A stretch of DNA of 37,150 nt from positions 1 to 37,150 of the forward strand of contig RDOA01000037.1 of the NCBI GenBank assembly GCA_011364925.1, given 5' to 3'. The position numbers and the translations under genes were made by a program. This document shows positions 9,441 through 19,470 of the stretch, piece after piece (the stretch's first letter is position 1; every line of letters starts with the position of its first letter). Source of the DNA: Promethearchaeota archaeon (GTDB lineage Archaea > Asgardarchaeota > Lokiarchaeia > Sigyniarchaeales > SOKP01). The notes under the pieces were generated by a model that was not told the DNA's origin, ran no database searches, and saw only the letters and a list, made by a program, of their open reading frames with translations.

Positions 9441-10733
9441 ATGGAAAAACGTAAATTAAATGAAATAGAACACTTAAACTGGCTTATTGGCCAGCCTTAC
9501 AATATATCTATGGTCATCACGATTAAAGGGCATTTAGAAATAGATCTATTTAAAGAATCTTTGGAAAAAGTCCAAAAAAAGCATCCAATATTACAAGCAC
9601 GATTAGATCTGAATGAAGAAGGAGGGCCTTATCTAATTTTTGGAGTAAATGGTCTGATTCCAGTAGAAATTATTCCTCGAACTAATGATGATCTTTGCAA
9701 AAGAATTGTAGACAAAGAATTTAGTATCCCATTTGAAAGAGGTATTAATTGCACTTCCCCATTAATTAGAGTGAAATTGTTATTTTCAGAAACTGTCTCT
9801 GATATTGTTATAACCATTGCTCATGTTATTGCTGATGGAATGTCATTAATATATCTTTTTCGTGATCTTATATTCTTCATGGTGAATTCAAAGAAAAAGA
9901 TTAAACCGCTCAAAGTTATAATGAGTGCTGAAGATATCTTGCCACATTTTTATCAAAAGAAGATACCTAACACAGCGAGAAAATTCAAATATCTCGTATG
10001 GTTTATTAAAAAGCTGATAGCCCTCCGAAAATTTATTCGGAAATTCAGTAAAAAACACCCAAAGGAGGAGAAGCTGGACACTAAAGACAAAAAAAAGAGG
10101 AATTATATAACTCGTGATTGGGTTTTAACTGAAGAACAATCCCAGTCATTAATTAGAAAATGTAAAAATAAAGGAGTTACGGTACATAGCGCATTATGCA
10201 CCTTGTTTCTCCCAGATTTTCCAGCTATTTATAATCCGGTTAATTTAAGAAAGAAATTAGCGTATCCCGTTGGAGAATCAGTAGGAGTGTATGCAGGAAG
10301 AATAGAGGTTAAGGTAAAATATAAAAAAAAATCCGCTTTTTGGGATATTGCTCGTGAATATCAAGAGAAATTAGTAAAGGGGTTAAATGGTGATGAAATT
10401 TTTAAAACTTTTAAGCTAATTACGAGAGCAGTTCCATTTAAGTTATTCGCTGAGGTGATGTCGTTAGAAACAGAACATAGTAATCGCATATGGATTACCA
10501 ATCTTGGATCACTCGATAAATTCAATGAATTCATCGCATCTAAAGGATTCACAATTAAAATGCTATATGGAGGAGTTTCACCAACTTATGAGGCAATTTT
10601 TGTTCCCGTATTTACTATAGATAAGAAAATCCATTTTCAATTGCACTGTTTAACACCACCTCACACTGAAGAAGAAATTGAGAAGTATATTAACAATAGT
10701 CTTAAGCAATTAAGTAGAGCACTAAATGATTAA
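9441..10733 (+). CDS. Stand-alone condensation-domain / PapA5-like acyltransferase (CoA-dependent acyltransferase superfamily)
   Basis: QKKHPILQARL, active-site AHVIADGMS (HxxxDG), GVTVHSAL, PVNLR, ITNLG. Confidence 0.82.
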   Translation: MEKRKLNEIEHLNWLIGQPYNISMVITIKGHLEIDLFKESLEKVQKKHPILQARLDLNEEGGPYLIFGVNGLIPVEIIPRTNDDLCKRIVDKEFSIPFERGINCTSPLIRVKLLFSETVSDIVITIAHVIADGMSLIYLFRDLIFFMVNSKKKIKPLKVIMSAEDILPHFYQKKIPNTARKFKYLVWFIKKLIALRKFIRKFSKKHPKEEKLDTKDKKKRNYITRDWVLTEEQSQSLIRKCKNKGVTVHSALCTLFLPDFPAIYNPVNLRKKLAYPVGESVGVYAGRIEVKVKYKKKSAFWDIAREYQEKLVKGLNGDEIFKTFKLITRAVPFKLFAEVMSLETEHSNRIWITNLGSLDKFNEFIASKGFTIKMLYGGVSPTYEAIFVPVFTIDKKIHFQLHCLTPPHTEEEIEKYINNSLKQLSRALND

Positions 10734-10791
10734 GGATTTGGGACAACTCTAATTTATTAATATAAAAATCTTGTTCCCTTCAATTTCTTGA

Positions 10792-11253
10792 TTATGGGAT
10801 AAAAGAAACTGTATCTTCAATTTTTCCAAATACCCCATAGGTAATGATTTTATCTGGTTTTACAATAATTCTTGTTGAAGTATGCAAACCTTCAGAAGTT
10901 AACTTTTTAAGGATTTTTTTAGTTATCCATCCATGGTAAGAGAGAAATTCATCAAAAGATTCTTGAGTTAATGGCTCCAGTTTCGCTACACCTTTCATAT
11001 ATACTACTTTAGGAATTTTAAAGAACCCGCTTGCGTCAAATGTTAACCAAATCCGATTATTTTGCTTGATATTAGCAATTTTTTTTCTTGTTTTTTTCGC
11101 TAAAATAATAACATCTAATTCTGAAGTTACTGAAGGTTGAACCATAGTTGTATGAGGATCTCCCTCATGGCAAGTACTTAAAGAGCAGAAGGTTACTCCA
11201 GAGAGTACTTTCTTTAGCTTTCTCTTCTGATCTTCATTCAATCTTTCATCCAT
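10792..11253 (-). CDS. Pyridoxamine 5'-phosphate oxidase-like split-barrel flavin-binding protein
   Basis: CSLST...PHTTMV, TRKKIANIKQNNRI, MKGVA, IIVKPDKI. Confidence 0.75.
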   Translation of the reverse strand: MDERLNEDQKRKLKKVLSGVTFCSLSTCHEGDPHTTMVQPSVTSELDVIILAKKTRKKIANIKQNNRIWLTFDASGFFKIPKVVYMKGVAKLEPLTQESFDEFLSYHGWITKKILKKLTSEGLHTSTRIIVKPDKIITYGVFGKIEDTVSFIP

Positions 11254-11548
11254 AATTTTACACCTTTAAATTAATATTCATTTATTTAACGGAATATAAA
11301 ATTTTTCAATTGTTAAAAGAATTACCGAATATTCTTTCTTCTTTCTGTAATACACTTTAGATATTCTAATTCCTTCTTTTTGTGTATTTTAATCAATTCT
11401 TCTTTTTGAGTTGATAAAAATATTTTTCCACATCCCAAACTGAATTTTGATTATTTATTCTCAATATACTATAATTATGGATTATCTAAAAAAAATTATT
11501 TTATTTTAAACAAAAATTTTTAATATTTATAGAAAGTATGGTATAAAT

Positions 11549-12628
11549 TTAATTGATCTTTATGGGATAATGCCCGTATTTCTCGATTGCTTTTGGAATC
11601 GCTAAGATGTTTTGAATGGGTACTCCCCACGGTAAGCTACAAACTGGACAGCAAATGTATCTACCGCCTGGAGCTAAATTTAAGATGTTTTCTTTTACTT
11701 TCTCTTCAACATCAGAAGGTGTTCCTGTCAGCATTTCTCGACTCACATCAATATTTGCACCAATTATTGCAATTTTTGGGTGCTGCTTTTTAAAATCAAT
11801 CCAATATTCAATGTCTAACGGATGGCTTCCATTAACCGCTATAAAATCAATTTCTTTAACAACTTCTGTAAAATATGGTGAAGTTCCACAATTGTGGAGC
11901 ATAAAAGGAACTTTTATTTTATTCATCATCCTCTTTATAAACTGCCCTTCATAGCGCATGGAATCTTGAAAACTCATCATATGGCGGTTAAATGCATATC
12001 CTGCAATAAAAACGTTTGGAGGCATCCCTACAACCTCAAGCCAATTCTCATAAATATCCATTTGAGATTCAAATATTTTTTCGCAGAGTTTTAATAATAA
12101 ATCCGGATTTCGACGCATATCTTTATAGGCTTCTAGACCACGCAACTCTTGGACAACAGACCAAATGCTTAAGCTAATTACCTGAGGAAATTTAGTTTTT
12201 TCATTGATCATTTTAGCAGTAAGCAAGGAATTTTTCCATAAATTATTCTTACTATGATCTGGAATTTCAAGTTTGTCAATATCTTCTTCAGATTTACAAA
12301 TTTCTCCTTGTTTACACATTAGAGGTTGATAATTAAACCATTTAATTGCATCTAATTTGTTGTTTGCTTCCGCAAATGCTAATCCTTCGCTTGGTCCTGC
12401 GTAAGCACTTGGAACGTTTATAGAATCGGCATTTAAAAACTCAAAAGTGGAGATAATCGCATTAGCATAAACTTTTGGGGAGCTGTATAGTTCTCTCACA
12501 GTTTTTCCTGTTATTCTACAAATCATTTGTTCTCCAGCGAATGCAAGAAATGGAACTTTATCAACTCGTTTGGATCCTGAGATTGTCCTAAATATTCTAT
12601 TTACAGAAGGAACCCAATCTTTAACCAT
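11549..12628 (-). CDS. URO-D superfamily methylcobamide:thiol methyltransferase (MtaA/CmuA-like)
   Basis: DKVP N-terminus, Zn ligands LHNCG and C-terminal CPVCSLP, GANID, LTGTPSDV. Adjacent to a corrinoid protein gene. Confidence 0.85.
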   Translation of the reverse strand: MVKDWVPSVNRIFRTISGSKRVDKVPFLAFAGEQMICRITGKTVRELYSSPKVYANAIISTFEFLNADSINVPSAYAGPSEGLAFAEANNKLDAIKWFNYQPLMCKQGEICKSEEDIDKLEIPDHSKNNLWKNSLLTAKMINEKTKFPQVISLSIWSVVQELRGLEAYKDMRRNPDLLLKLCEKIFESQMDIYENWLEVVGMPPNVFIAGYAFNRHMMSFQDSMRYEGQFIKRMMNKIKVPFMLHNCGTSPYFTEVVKEIDFIAVNGSHPLDIEYWIDFKKQHPKIAIIGANIDVSREMLTGTPSDVEEKVKENILNLAPGGRYICCPVCSLPWGVPIQNILAIPKAIEKYGHYPIKIN

Positions 12629-12644
12629 TTACTTCTTACACCCC

Positions 12645-13334
12645 TTAGATTTTAATTAAATTATGGATCTTTTTAATCCCTTCCCAACCATCTTTGGCAA
12701 AATCGTCAGCTCCTATCATTTCACACGATTCTTTTGACAAAATTCCACCGCCAACGATTATTCGAGACTGTATATTTTCACTCCTAAGCAAATTAACGGT
12801 TTCTACCATTTTAGAGATGCTCATTGTCATTAATCCACTCAATCCTATCAAATTAGGATTTATTTCTTTTGCTTTTCGGAGAAATTCTTCTGGTGGGACA
12901 TCTGAACCTAAATCGACTATTTCAAAACCTTGCCCTCGTAATATTGAGACTACCAAACTCTTGCCTATATCATGGATGTCACCTTCTACGGTTCCAATTA
13001 AAATAATACCTTTAGATTCTATTTCAGATTTTCCACTTAATGAATTCTTTAATATTTCCGTAGCGGCGTTAATAGCATCACCAGTCATTAGTAAATCAGG
13101 GAGAAAGTATTCGTCCTCTTCATATAATTTCCCAGCTTCTTCAGCGCCTTTAAGAATTGCTCTATTCAAAATCTCTTTAACAGGGATTCCAATTTTAATG
13201 GATTTTTCAACAAATTCAATCGCTTTATTAGGATTGCCTTCCAAAATCGCATTTTTTAATTGTTCTAACGATTCTTCTTCGTTCATAATTAATAAATTAT
13301 AAATTCCTTTAATTCCTTTAAATATCTTAATCAT
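12645..13334 (-). CDS. Methyltransferase corrinoid (B12-binding) protein
   Basis: Cap domain YFLPDL, GTVEGDIHDIGK (DxHxxG), DLGSDVP, GLSGLMT, IIVGGG. An alternative start exists at ATG 13286. Confidence 0.93.
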   Translation of the reverse strand: MIKIFKGIKGIYNLLIMNEEESLEQLKNAILEGNPNKAIEFVEKSIKIGIPVKEILNRAILKGAEEAGKLYEEDEYFLPDLLMTGDAINAATEILKNSLSGKSEIESKGIILIGTVEGDIHDIGKSLVVSILRGQGFEIVDLGSDVPPEEFLRKAKEINPNLIGLSGLMTMSISKMVETVNLLRSENIQSRIIVGGGILSKESCEMIGADDFAKDGWEGIKKIHNLIKI

Positions 13335-14139
13335 TCTTTAAGAAACTTATGATTAGTTGGTTTATTTGTTTAGGTTTCTCCATAAGAGCTAAATGCGTTC
13401 CACCCGGGATAAGTTCGAGTCGCGCATTAGGCATTGCATCAGTCATTTCTTGTATAGTTTTTAGTGGGTAAAGTAGTTCTTTTTCTCCATCGATTATAAG
13501 AGAAGGGCTTTCAATGATCTTCAATTGTTCTAACGTGAAGTTTGGTTCTCGCATTGCCATATCCATTCCTTTTTTGAGAAAATTTGGCCAATTATCTGGG
13601 TTAGATGCTACTTTTTCATACGCTTTCTTAATAAATTTATAACCTTTTGGTAAATTATTGGGATCAACATTACCGAATTGTTCAAAGATCTCCGGATAAT
13701 AATTAGATATATTATATGGAGTACCAATTAGTACTAGCTTATTTACTAATTCGGGATACTCTAGACCAAGAACCAATGAGGTACAACCCCCATCACTCCA
13801 ACCAATGAAACTCGCTTTTTTTATATCTATTTTTTCCATCAAATGATATATATCTAAAGCAAAGAGCTGATAACTTAGAGGTTTATCTGAATCTGTTGTC
13901 CTTCCATGTGCTCGAGTATCTGGTGCAATTATCCGAAAATGTTTTGCTAATTCTTTAATTTGAAAAAACCAACTTGTATGATCCACCATACCACCGTGCA
14001 ATAAAATAACTGGCTCTCCTGTACCAAACATGACATAGTGCATTTTAATATCTCCGATATCAACATAATTTTCAACAATGTTTTTTTTTTTCCAAATGTT
14101 GAATTTAACCTTACCTATTAACATTTTGATTACTGCCAT
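13327..14139 (-). CDS. Alpha/beta-fold hydrolase
   Basis: ILLHGG oxyanion motif, PDTRAHGRT, nucleophile GWSDGG, GGTH catalytic His. Confidence 0.9.
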   Translation of the reverse strand: MAVIKMLIGKVKFNIWKKKNIVENYVDIGDIKMHYVMFGTGEPVILLHGGMVDHTSWFFQIKELAKHFRIIAPDTRAHGRTTDSDKPLSYQLFALDIYHLMEKIDIKKASFIGWSDGGCTSLVLGLEYPELVNKLVLIGTPYNISNYYPEIFEQFGNVDPNNLPKGYKFIKKAYEKVASNPDNWPNFLKKGMDMAMREPNFTLEQLKIIESPSLIIDGEKELLYPLKTIQEMTDAMPNARLELIPGGTHLALMEKPKQINQLIISFLKND

Positions 14140-14404
14140 CAGTATTCAGCTCTGTTTTTTTATAACTTGTTATTGAATTAAGATTACTAATTAAATTTTC
14201 TCTTCATTGAAAATCAAAGAAAAGTTTTGATTTTTCGCTGATTTTCTGGTTGACTGATTAATTGGATACCAGTTTTGGGAAATTTCTAATACTAATATTA
14301 AAGAAGCAACATTTATAATACGAAAAGAAAATCTTAAGAATTAAATGAAAACTGAATTAATTCAATCAAGAATTTTTATTGAATGAAACCTAATAAGACA
14401 TAAT

Positions 14405-15331
14405 ATGAAAGCAATTGTATACCTAAAATATGGGCTCCCAGATGTTCTTCAATTCACGGAAGTTGATAAACCAATTCCCAAAGATAATGAAGTCCTTATA
14501 AAAGTTCACGCAACATCAGTAACAATAGGGGATGTGATAATGCGATCAGGTAAACACCCAACCTCTAAATTTCAAACTCTCATGTTACATTTAATGATGG
14601 GAATTAATAAACCAAAAAGACCTATTTTAGGGATGGAGCTAGCTGGAGAAATCGAAGAAATTGGAAATAATGTAAGGCGATTCAAGAAGGGAGACCAAAT
14701 TTTTGCTTCAACAGAAATGAAATTTGGTGCTTACGCTGAGTACAAATGTTTGCCCGAAGATAGAATCCTAGCGCTAAAACCAACAAATCTAAAACTTGAA
14801 GAAGCAGCTGCAGGGTATGCTTCTGGGGGAATTACAGCTTCAACTGTTCTTAAAAAGGCAAATATCCAGAAAGGTCAAAAAGTTCTAATTTACGGAGCTT
14901 CTGGAAGCGTAGGATCTTTTGGAGTACAAATTGCTAAATACTTCGGAGCTGAAGTTACGGGAGTTTGCAGCACCACGAATTTAGAAATGGTCAAATCTCT
15001 CGGGGCGAATAAAATTATTGATTACACTAAAGAGGATTTTACCCAGAGTGGCGCCATGTATGATGTAATCTTTGATGCAGTAGCAAAACTCCCGCGTTCT
15101 GATGGTAAAAAAGCTTTAAAGAAGGGAGGAACTTATCTTAATGTTATCAGGGATTCTCCGAGCAAGTTAAAGACAGTAGATCTCATCTTTATAAAGGAGT
15201 TAATTGAAACTGGAAATTTAATTTCGGCTATAGATCGCCGTTATTCCTGGGAAGACATCGTTGAGGCTCACAGGTATGTTGAAAAAGGACATAAAAAAGG
15301 AAATGTAGTAATAAATATTTATAAGGAGTAA
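14405..15331 (+). CDS. Zn-independent MDR NAD(P)-dependent oxidoreductase (quinone oxidoreductase/RTN4IP1-like), copy 1
   Basis: [50 protein letters not shown]. Confidence 0.9.
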   Translation: MKAIVYLKYGLPDVLQFTEVDKPIPKDNEVLIKVHATSVTIGDVIMRSGKHPTSKFQTLMLHLMMGINKPKRPILGMELAGEIEEIGNNVRRFKKGDQIFASTEMKFGAYAEYKCLPEDRILALKPTNLKLEEAAAGYASGGITASTVLKKANIQKGQKVLIYGASGSVGSFGVQIAKYFGAEVTGVCSTTNLEMVKSLGANKIIDYTKEDFTQSGAMYDVIFDAVAKLPRSDGKKALKKGGTYLNVIRDSPSKLKTVDLIFIKELIETGNLISAIDRRYSWEDIVEAHRYVEKGHKKGNVVINIYKE

Positions 15332-15336
15332 TAACC

Positions 15337-16320
15337 ATGAAAGCGATTGTTTGGACAAAATATGGGGCTCCAGATGTTCTTCAGTTAACCGAGGTCCAAA
15401 GACCCATTCCTAAGGAGGATGAACTATTAATAAAAATACATGCGACAACAGTAACAATGGGAGATTGTGAGATGAGGAATCTCAAGCTATCTTTCTTTTT
15501 AGCTCTCTTCATGCGAATATACAACGGCTTTAGAAAACCAAAGAGAATAACTATATTAGGACAGGACTTAGCAGGAGAAATTGAATCTGTAGGTGAAGAT
15601 GTAAAATTATTTAAGAAGGGTAATCAGATTTTTGGATCCGCTGGTTTTAAAATGGGTGCTTACGCAGAATACATATGTTTACCCGAAAAAGGAGATGCTG
15701 TATTAGCACTAAAACCAATTAACATAAGTTATGGCGAAGCTGCAGCTATCCCCTTAGGAGGGCTTAATGCATTATATTTTCTTAAAAGAGCAAATATCTT
15801 GATAGGACAAAAAGTTTTAATTAATGGGGCAGGTGGAAGTATAGGTACTTTTGCAGTACAGCTTGCCAAATCTTACGGAGCAGAAGTGACTGGTGTGGAT
15901 AGCAAAGGTAAATTGGAGATGCTGCTCTCCATTGGTGCGGATAAAGTTATTGATTACAGTCAGGAAGATTTCACTAAAAATGGTCAGTCATACGATGTTA
16001 TCTTTGATTTAGTAAGAACAAGTTCGTATTCTGGCTGCATAAATTCCTTAAAAAAAAAGGGGATTTACCTTCAAGCTAACCATGGCTTGTTTCGAAGAAT
16101 TCGAGGACGACTAACATCAATGACAAGCAGTAAAAAAGTAATTGGTGGGACAATATCTGAAGAGAGTGAAAATTTAAATGTTCTTAAAGAGTTATTTCAG
16201 GACGCGAAGTTAAAATCAGTTATAGATAAAAGTTATCCATTAGAAAAAGTAGTCGAAGCTCATCGTTATGTTGAAACAGGACAGAAAAAGGGAAACGTAG
16301 TAATAATTGTGAGGAGGTGA
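15337..16320 (+). CDS. Zn-independent MDR NAD(P)-dependent oxidoreductase, copy 2
   Basis: Paralog of the upstream gene: ILGQDLAGEIE, GAYAEY, GAGGSIG, AHRYVETGQKKGNVV. Confidence 0.9.
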   Translation: MKAIVWTKYGAPDVLQLTEVQRPIPKEDELLIKIHATTVTMGDCEMRNLKLSFFLALFMRIYNGFRKPKRITILGQDLAGEIESVGEDVKLFKKGNQIFGSAGFKMGAYAEYICLPEKGDAVLALKPINISYGEAAAIPLGGLNALYFLKRANILIGQKVLINGAGGSIGTFAVQLAKSYGAEVTGVDSKGKLEMLLSIGADKVIDYSQEDFTKNGQSYDVIFDLVRTSSYSGCINSLKKKGIYLQANHGLFRRIRGRLTSMTSSKKVIGGTISEESENLNVLKELFQDAKLKSVIDKSYPLEKVVEAHRYVETGQKKGNVVIIVRR

Positions 16321-16327
16321 TAATGGT

Positions 16328-16696
16328 ATGGAAGATGTGAAGATAATACTTGCGTTTATTTGGGTTGCGACAATGTTATGTTTTTTGTTAGGTGATGTAT
16401 TGAGAATTTACGCTGGGGATTTTAAATCGGGAGAAATAGGAGGTAAACCAGTGTCTCATAAGATGTATTTTGGAATGGCAATCATAATGGTAATTCCAAT
16501 TGTTATGGTTGTTCTGACTGTAATATTGGATTTTCCGGTGAATGGTTGGGTAAACATCATAGTAGCGATTTTCTTTTTCGTATTCAATTTGATTGGGATA
16601 AAGGGTTACAAGGCTTACGATGTATTTTTGCTTGTTGTAAGTTTCATTTTTAACACATTGACTGTTTGGTATGCTGTGACTCGATTATTAGCATAA
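16328..16696 (+). CDS. Small 4-TM membrane protein (DUF6326-like)
   Basis: WVATMLCFLLGDVL, IPIVMVVLT, WVNIIVAI pattern. Preceded by GGAGGTGA SD and contiguous with the MDR genes. Confidence 0.7.
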   Translation: MEDVKIILAFIWVATMLCFLLGDVLRIYAGDFKSGEIGGKPVSHKMYFGMAIIMVIPIVMVVLTVILDFPVNGWVNIIVAIFFFVFNLIGIKGYKAYDVFLLVVSFIFNTLTVWYAVTRLLA

Positions 16697-16763
16697 ATTT
16701 TTTTATATTTTTTAACAAAATTCTAAATTAAAAGAAAAAAACATAATGAATAAATTAGTAAGA

Positions 16764-17225
16764 CTAGCCTAAAAAGTTCCTCAGAGTAGCGATATAATCT
16801 CTAATTTTAGCATCAGAGCCTTCGATAGCTGGTCCCTCTGGTTTTTCCATTTTGGCTTCGAGGTATTCTGGACAAACTTCTTCAAAACAGCTTGCTTTTT
16901 CGAGAGTTTTTTTCATGCCTTTTATAAACATGTTTTTCCACCCTAAAGCGTGAGTAGAAAAATATGCGACTTTTGGAATTGGCAAAGTAGCAACTAAATC
17001 TAAATTTTTTATAAAACCGCGCATCTCAAAGTCTGATCTGAATGCGAGAATTCGGGTAGCGACAATCAAGCCATAAGGTTCATCCTTGGAAATATCTTCC
17101 GGAGTAAGGTTTTTAATATGATTAAGACTGACATTGTAATCGGTTTTTAATCCCTCAGCAATCGTTTTTGAAATTTGCTCAGAATTCCCATGTAATGAAT
17201 TATGAATTATCCATATTTTCTTCAT
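16764..17225 (-). CDS. Flavodoxin-like protein
   Basis: IWIIHNSLHGNSEQISKTIAEGL FMN-phosphate loop, KVAYFSTH. Confidence 0.75.
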   Translation of the reverse strand: MKKIWIIHNSLHGNSEQISKTIAEGLKTDYNVSLNHIKNLTPEDISKDEPYGLIVATRILAFRSDFEMRGFIKNLDLVATLPIPKVAYFSTHALGWKNMFIKGMKKTLEKASCFEEVCPEYLEAKMEKPEGPAIEGSDAKIRDYIATLRNFLG

Positions 17226-17277
17226 AGTTAATATTAAAAAGTGAAAATTCTATATGAAACTTCAATAGTCCAATCTT

Positions 17278-17838
17278 TCATAAAGATTTCGCAATTGGAT
17301 TACCGTTAAGTTTCAGAGTCTTAATATTGGTTAATTCAGAAAGGTTCTCTACATCTTCAATTTTGTTATTTGAAAGATCTATAACTTTGAGGTTTTTCAG
17401 TTTCCCAATGTTTTTAATCTTTTTAATTTGGTTATTACTTAAATCTAATCGCTCAAGGTTAGCTAGATTTTCTAATCCATCAACGTCTATTAGCTTGTTA
17501 TGGTTCAATGATAATTCTTTTAATTTCTTTAAATGATTTAAACTAGCAATGCTAGAAATCTGATTCCCTCCTAACATTAATTCTTCCAAATTATATAAAG
17601 AATTTAAACCGTCAATCTCAGTTATAGTATTATCTTCTAAATGAAGTTTTTTAAGGTTTACAAGGTGTTCTAAGCCATCGATTTTAGTAAGCTTATTATG
17701 CTCTAAAAAAAGTCCCTGAAGATTAGAATACTTTTTTAGCTTTTTTATTTCGCGAATTTGATTAATATTACGGTTATCTAAGAATAAATTACCGTTATTA
17801 ATGAAAACTTTCTCCCCATTAATTTTAACATAATCCAT
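17278..17838 (-). CDS. Leucine-rich repeat protein (SDS22-like 22-aa repeats)
   Basis: About 7 tandem LxxLxLxxNxIxxIxxL units ending in LKLNGNPI. Confidence 0.92.
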   Translation of the reverse strand: MDYVKINGEKVFINNGNLFLDNRNINQIREIKKLKKYSNLQGLFLEHNKLTKIDGLEHLVNLKKLHLEDNTITEIDGLNSLYNLEELMLGGNQISSIASLNHLKKLKELSLNHNKLIDVDGLENLANLERLDLSNNQIKKIKNIGKLKNLKVIDLSNNKIEDVENLSELTNIKTLKLNGNPIAKSL

Positions 17839-17982
17839 AGAAATTAGGAAAAAATTTACTCTTATTAGTTATTCTTATAAAAATTATAAGTGTATTATTC
17901 AATCATATTATAATTCAAATGTTTCTGTTTAGGCAAATATTATATTTTATCTATACAGAGATTTTTTTTTCTTTATAAAGAT

Positions 17983-18573
17983 CTAGATCTTTCTACAAAT
18001 AAGTTCTCCTTTCCCAATTGGAACGATTAAGGCGTCAAGGCGTTTGTTTGATAATGCTTTATCAATCATAGGTTTTAAGGATTCATAGTGATTAATCGCA
18101 TTATCTGCAATTAGTATTCCTCCTTTTACCAAGTTAGGGACGATTAAATCGTAACAATCCTCGTAAATCTCTTTTTCTGTATCTAAAAAGCAAAAAGCTA
18201 TGTTCTTTTCCTCTTTTAAATAATCTCGGGCGTCGCCTTCTATTAAATCCACAAATTTATTCAACTTGCTCTCACTAAATGTTTCTTTTGCGAGTAGTAT
18301 CTTTTCTTTTAGAATTTCATAAGTTCTTATTCGAGTACCTTTTTCAATACAGGCAAGTGCGATCCACATTGTAGAATAACCAGCGCTGGTCCCTATTTCG
18401 ATAAGGTCTCCATTTGGAGCGCTAGCAGCCATAATTGAAAGAAATCTCCCCGTCTCTGGAGGAATTTGGCGAAGTCTTTGCATTCTAGGTGTACCGTCTA
18501 GTCTATCTTCAGCGTCTCTTTTTTCGAGAAATTTCATTCTACTTTGTATAGGTTTTGGGATATTATGGAACAT
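17983..18573 (-). CDS. Class I SAM-dependent O-methyltransferase (COMT/YrrM-like)
   Basis: [39 protein letters not shown]. Confidence 0.9.
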   Translation of the reverse strand: MFHNIPKPIQSRMKFLEKRDAEDRLDGTPRMQRLRQIPPETGRFLSIMAASAPNGDLIEIGTSAGYSTMWIALACIEKGTRIRTYEILKEKILLAKETFSESKLNKFVDLIEGDARDYLKEEKNIAFCFLDTEKEIYEDCYDLIVPNLVKGGILIADNAINHYESLKPMIDKALSNKRLDALIVPIGKGELICRKI

Positions 18574-18634
18574 TAGAATCCATACGATATTGTTTTAAGA
18601 ATATTATATATAAGAAAAATTATAATCATTATCA

Positions 18635-19327
18635 ATGCAGCATGAGTTGCTTCAAACGAATTTAACACTGGATGAAGCTGAACGTCTTCAGGAGAAATAC
18701 CGTCAGATTATAAAAGATCAGACCGGTATAATATCAAAAAGTTCTGATGTTAAAAAAATTAGGTGGATTGTTGGAGTTGATGTTTCTTATTATCAAGAAA
18801 AGTTAAAAGAATACGGAAGAGCAGCAGCAATTCTATGGGATCTTCGTTTTAATAGGTTTATGACTCAAGCTTTGGCAAAAGACATCATTACATTTCCTTA
18901 CAAAACGGGATTTTTAGGTTTTAGAGAGTGTAAAGTGATGCTTGAAGCTATTAAAAAGCTTCCAGAAACTCCAGATTTGATAATGTGTGATGGTCATGGT
19001 ATCATCCACCCTAGAAGATTTGGAGAAGCGGTGCAATTAGGCTTAATTTTAAATGTTCCAACTTGTGGTATAGCTAAAAATCCATTTATTGGATCTTCCG
19101 AATGGAAGGTACTAAAAAGAATACGCGGGAATAAAACGCCAATTTTGGAAAATAAAGAAGTTTTAGGATACGCAGTTTGTTTAAATGATGGCATGAAGCC
19201 CGTATTCATTAGTGTAGGGTATAAAATTTCTTTAAATGTTGCGGTTGAAATTGCGCTAAAAAGTTCCTTAGATCACCGACAACCAGAACCGCTCTATCTT
19301 GCAGATCAATTTTCAAAGAGTGAGTAA
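18635..19327 (+). CDS. nfi: Endonuclease V (deoxyinosine 3' endonuclease)
   Basis: VGVDVSY, FPYKTGFLGFRE, CDGHGIIHPRRFG, GIAKN, PVFISVG, PEPLYLAD. Confidence 0.95.
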   Translation: MQHELLQTNLTLDEAERLQEKYRQIIKDQTGIISKSSDVKKIRWIVGVDVSYYQEKLKEYGRAAAILWDLRFNRFMTQALAKDIITFPYKTGFLGFRECKVMLEAIKKLPETPDLIMCDGHGIIHPRRFGEAVQLGLILNVPTCGIAKNPFIGSSEWKVLKRIRGNKTPILENKEVLGYAVCLNDGMKPVFISVGYKISLNVAVEIALKSSLDHRQPEPLYLADQFSKSE

Positions 19328-19470
19328 TTAAAAAATAAATAGTTAAAGATATAAAACTTTTATAACTCTTGACCTCTCCCTCCGATCTAATGATCTTGCG
19401 TTTGTGATATACATAAATACAAAATCTAATACTAATTCTTTGTATAAGGTGATCTATTATCTCTAAAATT

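Noticed and set aside
12694-13302. 202-aa plus-strand ORF
   Set aside because: It is the antisense shadow of the well-supported corrinoid protein gene, Ser/Ile-rich with no motifs. The other short antisense ORFs in the track were rejected for the same reason.
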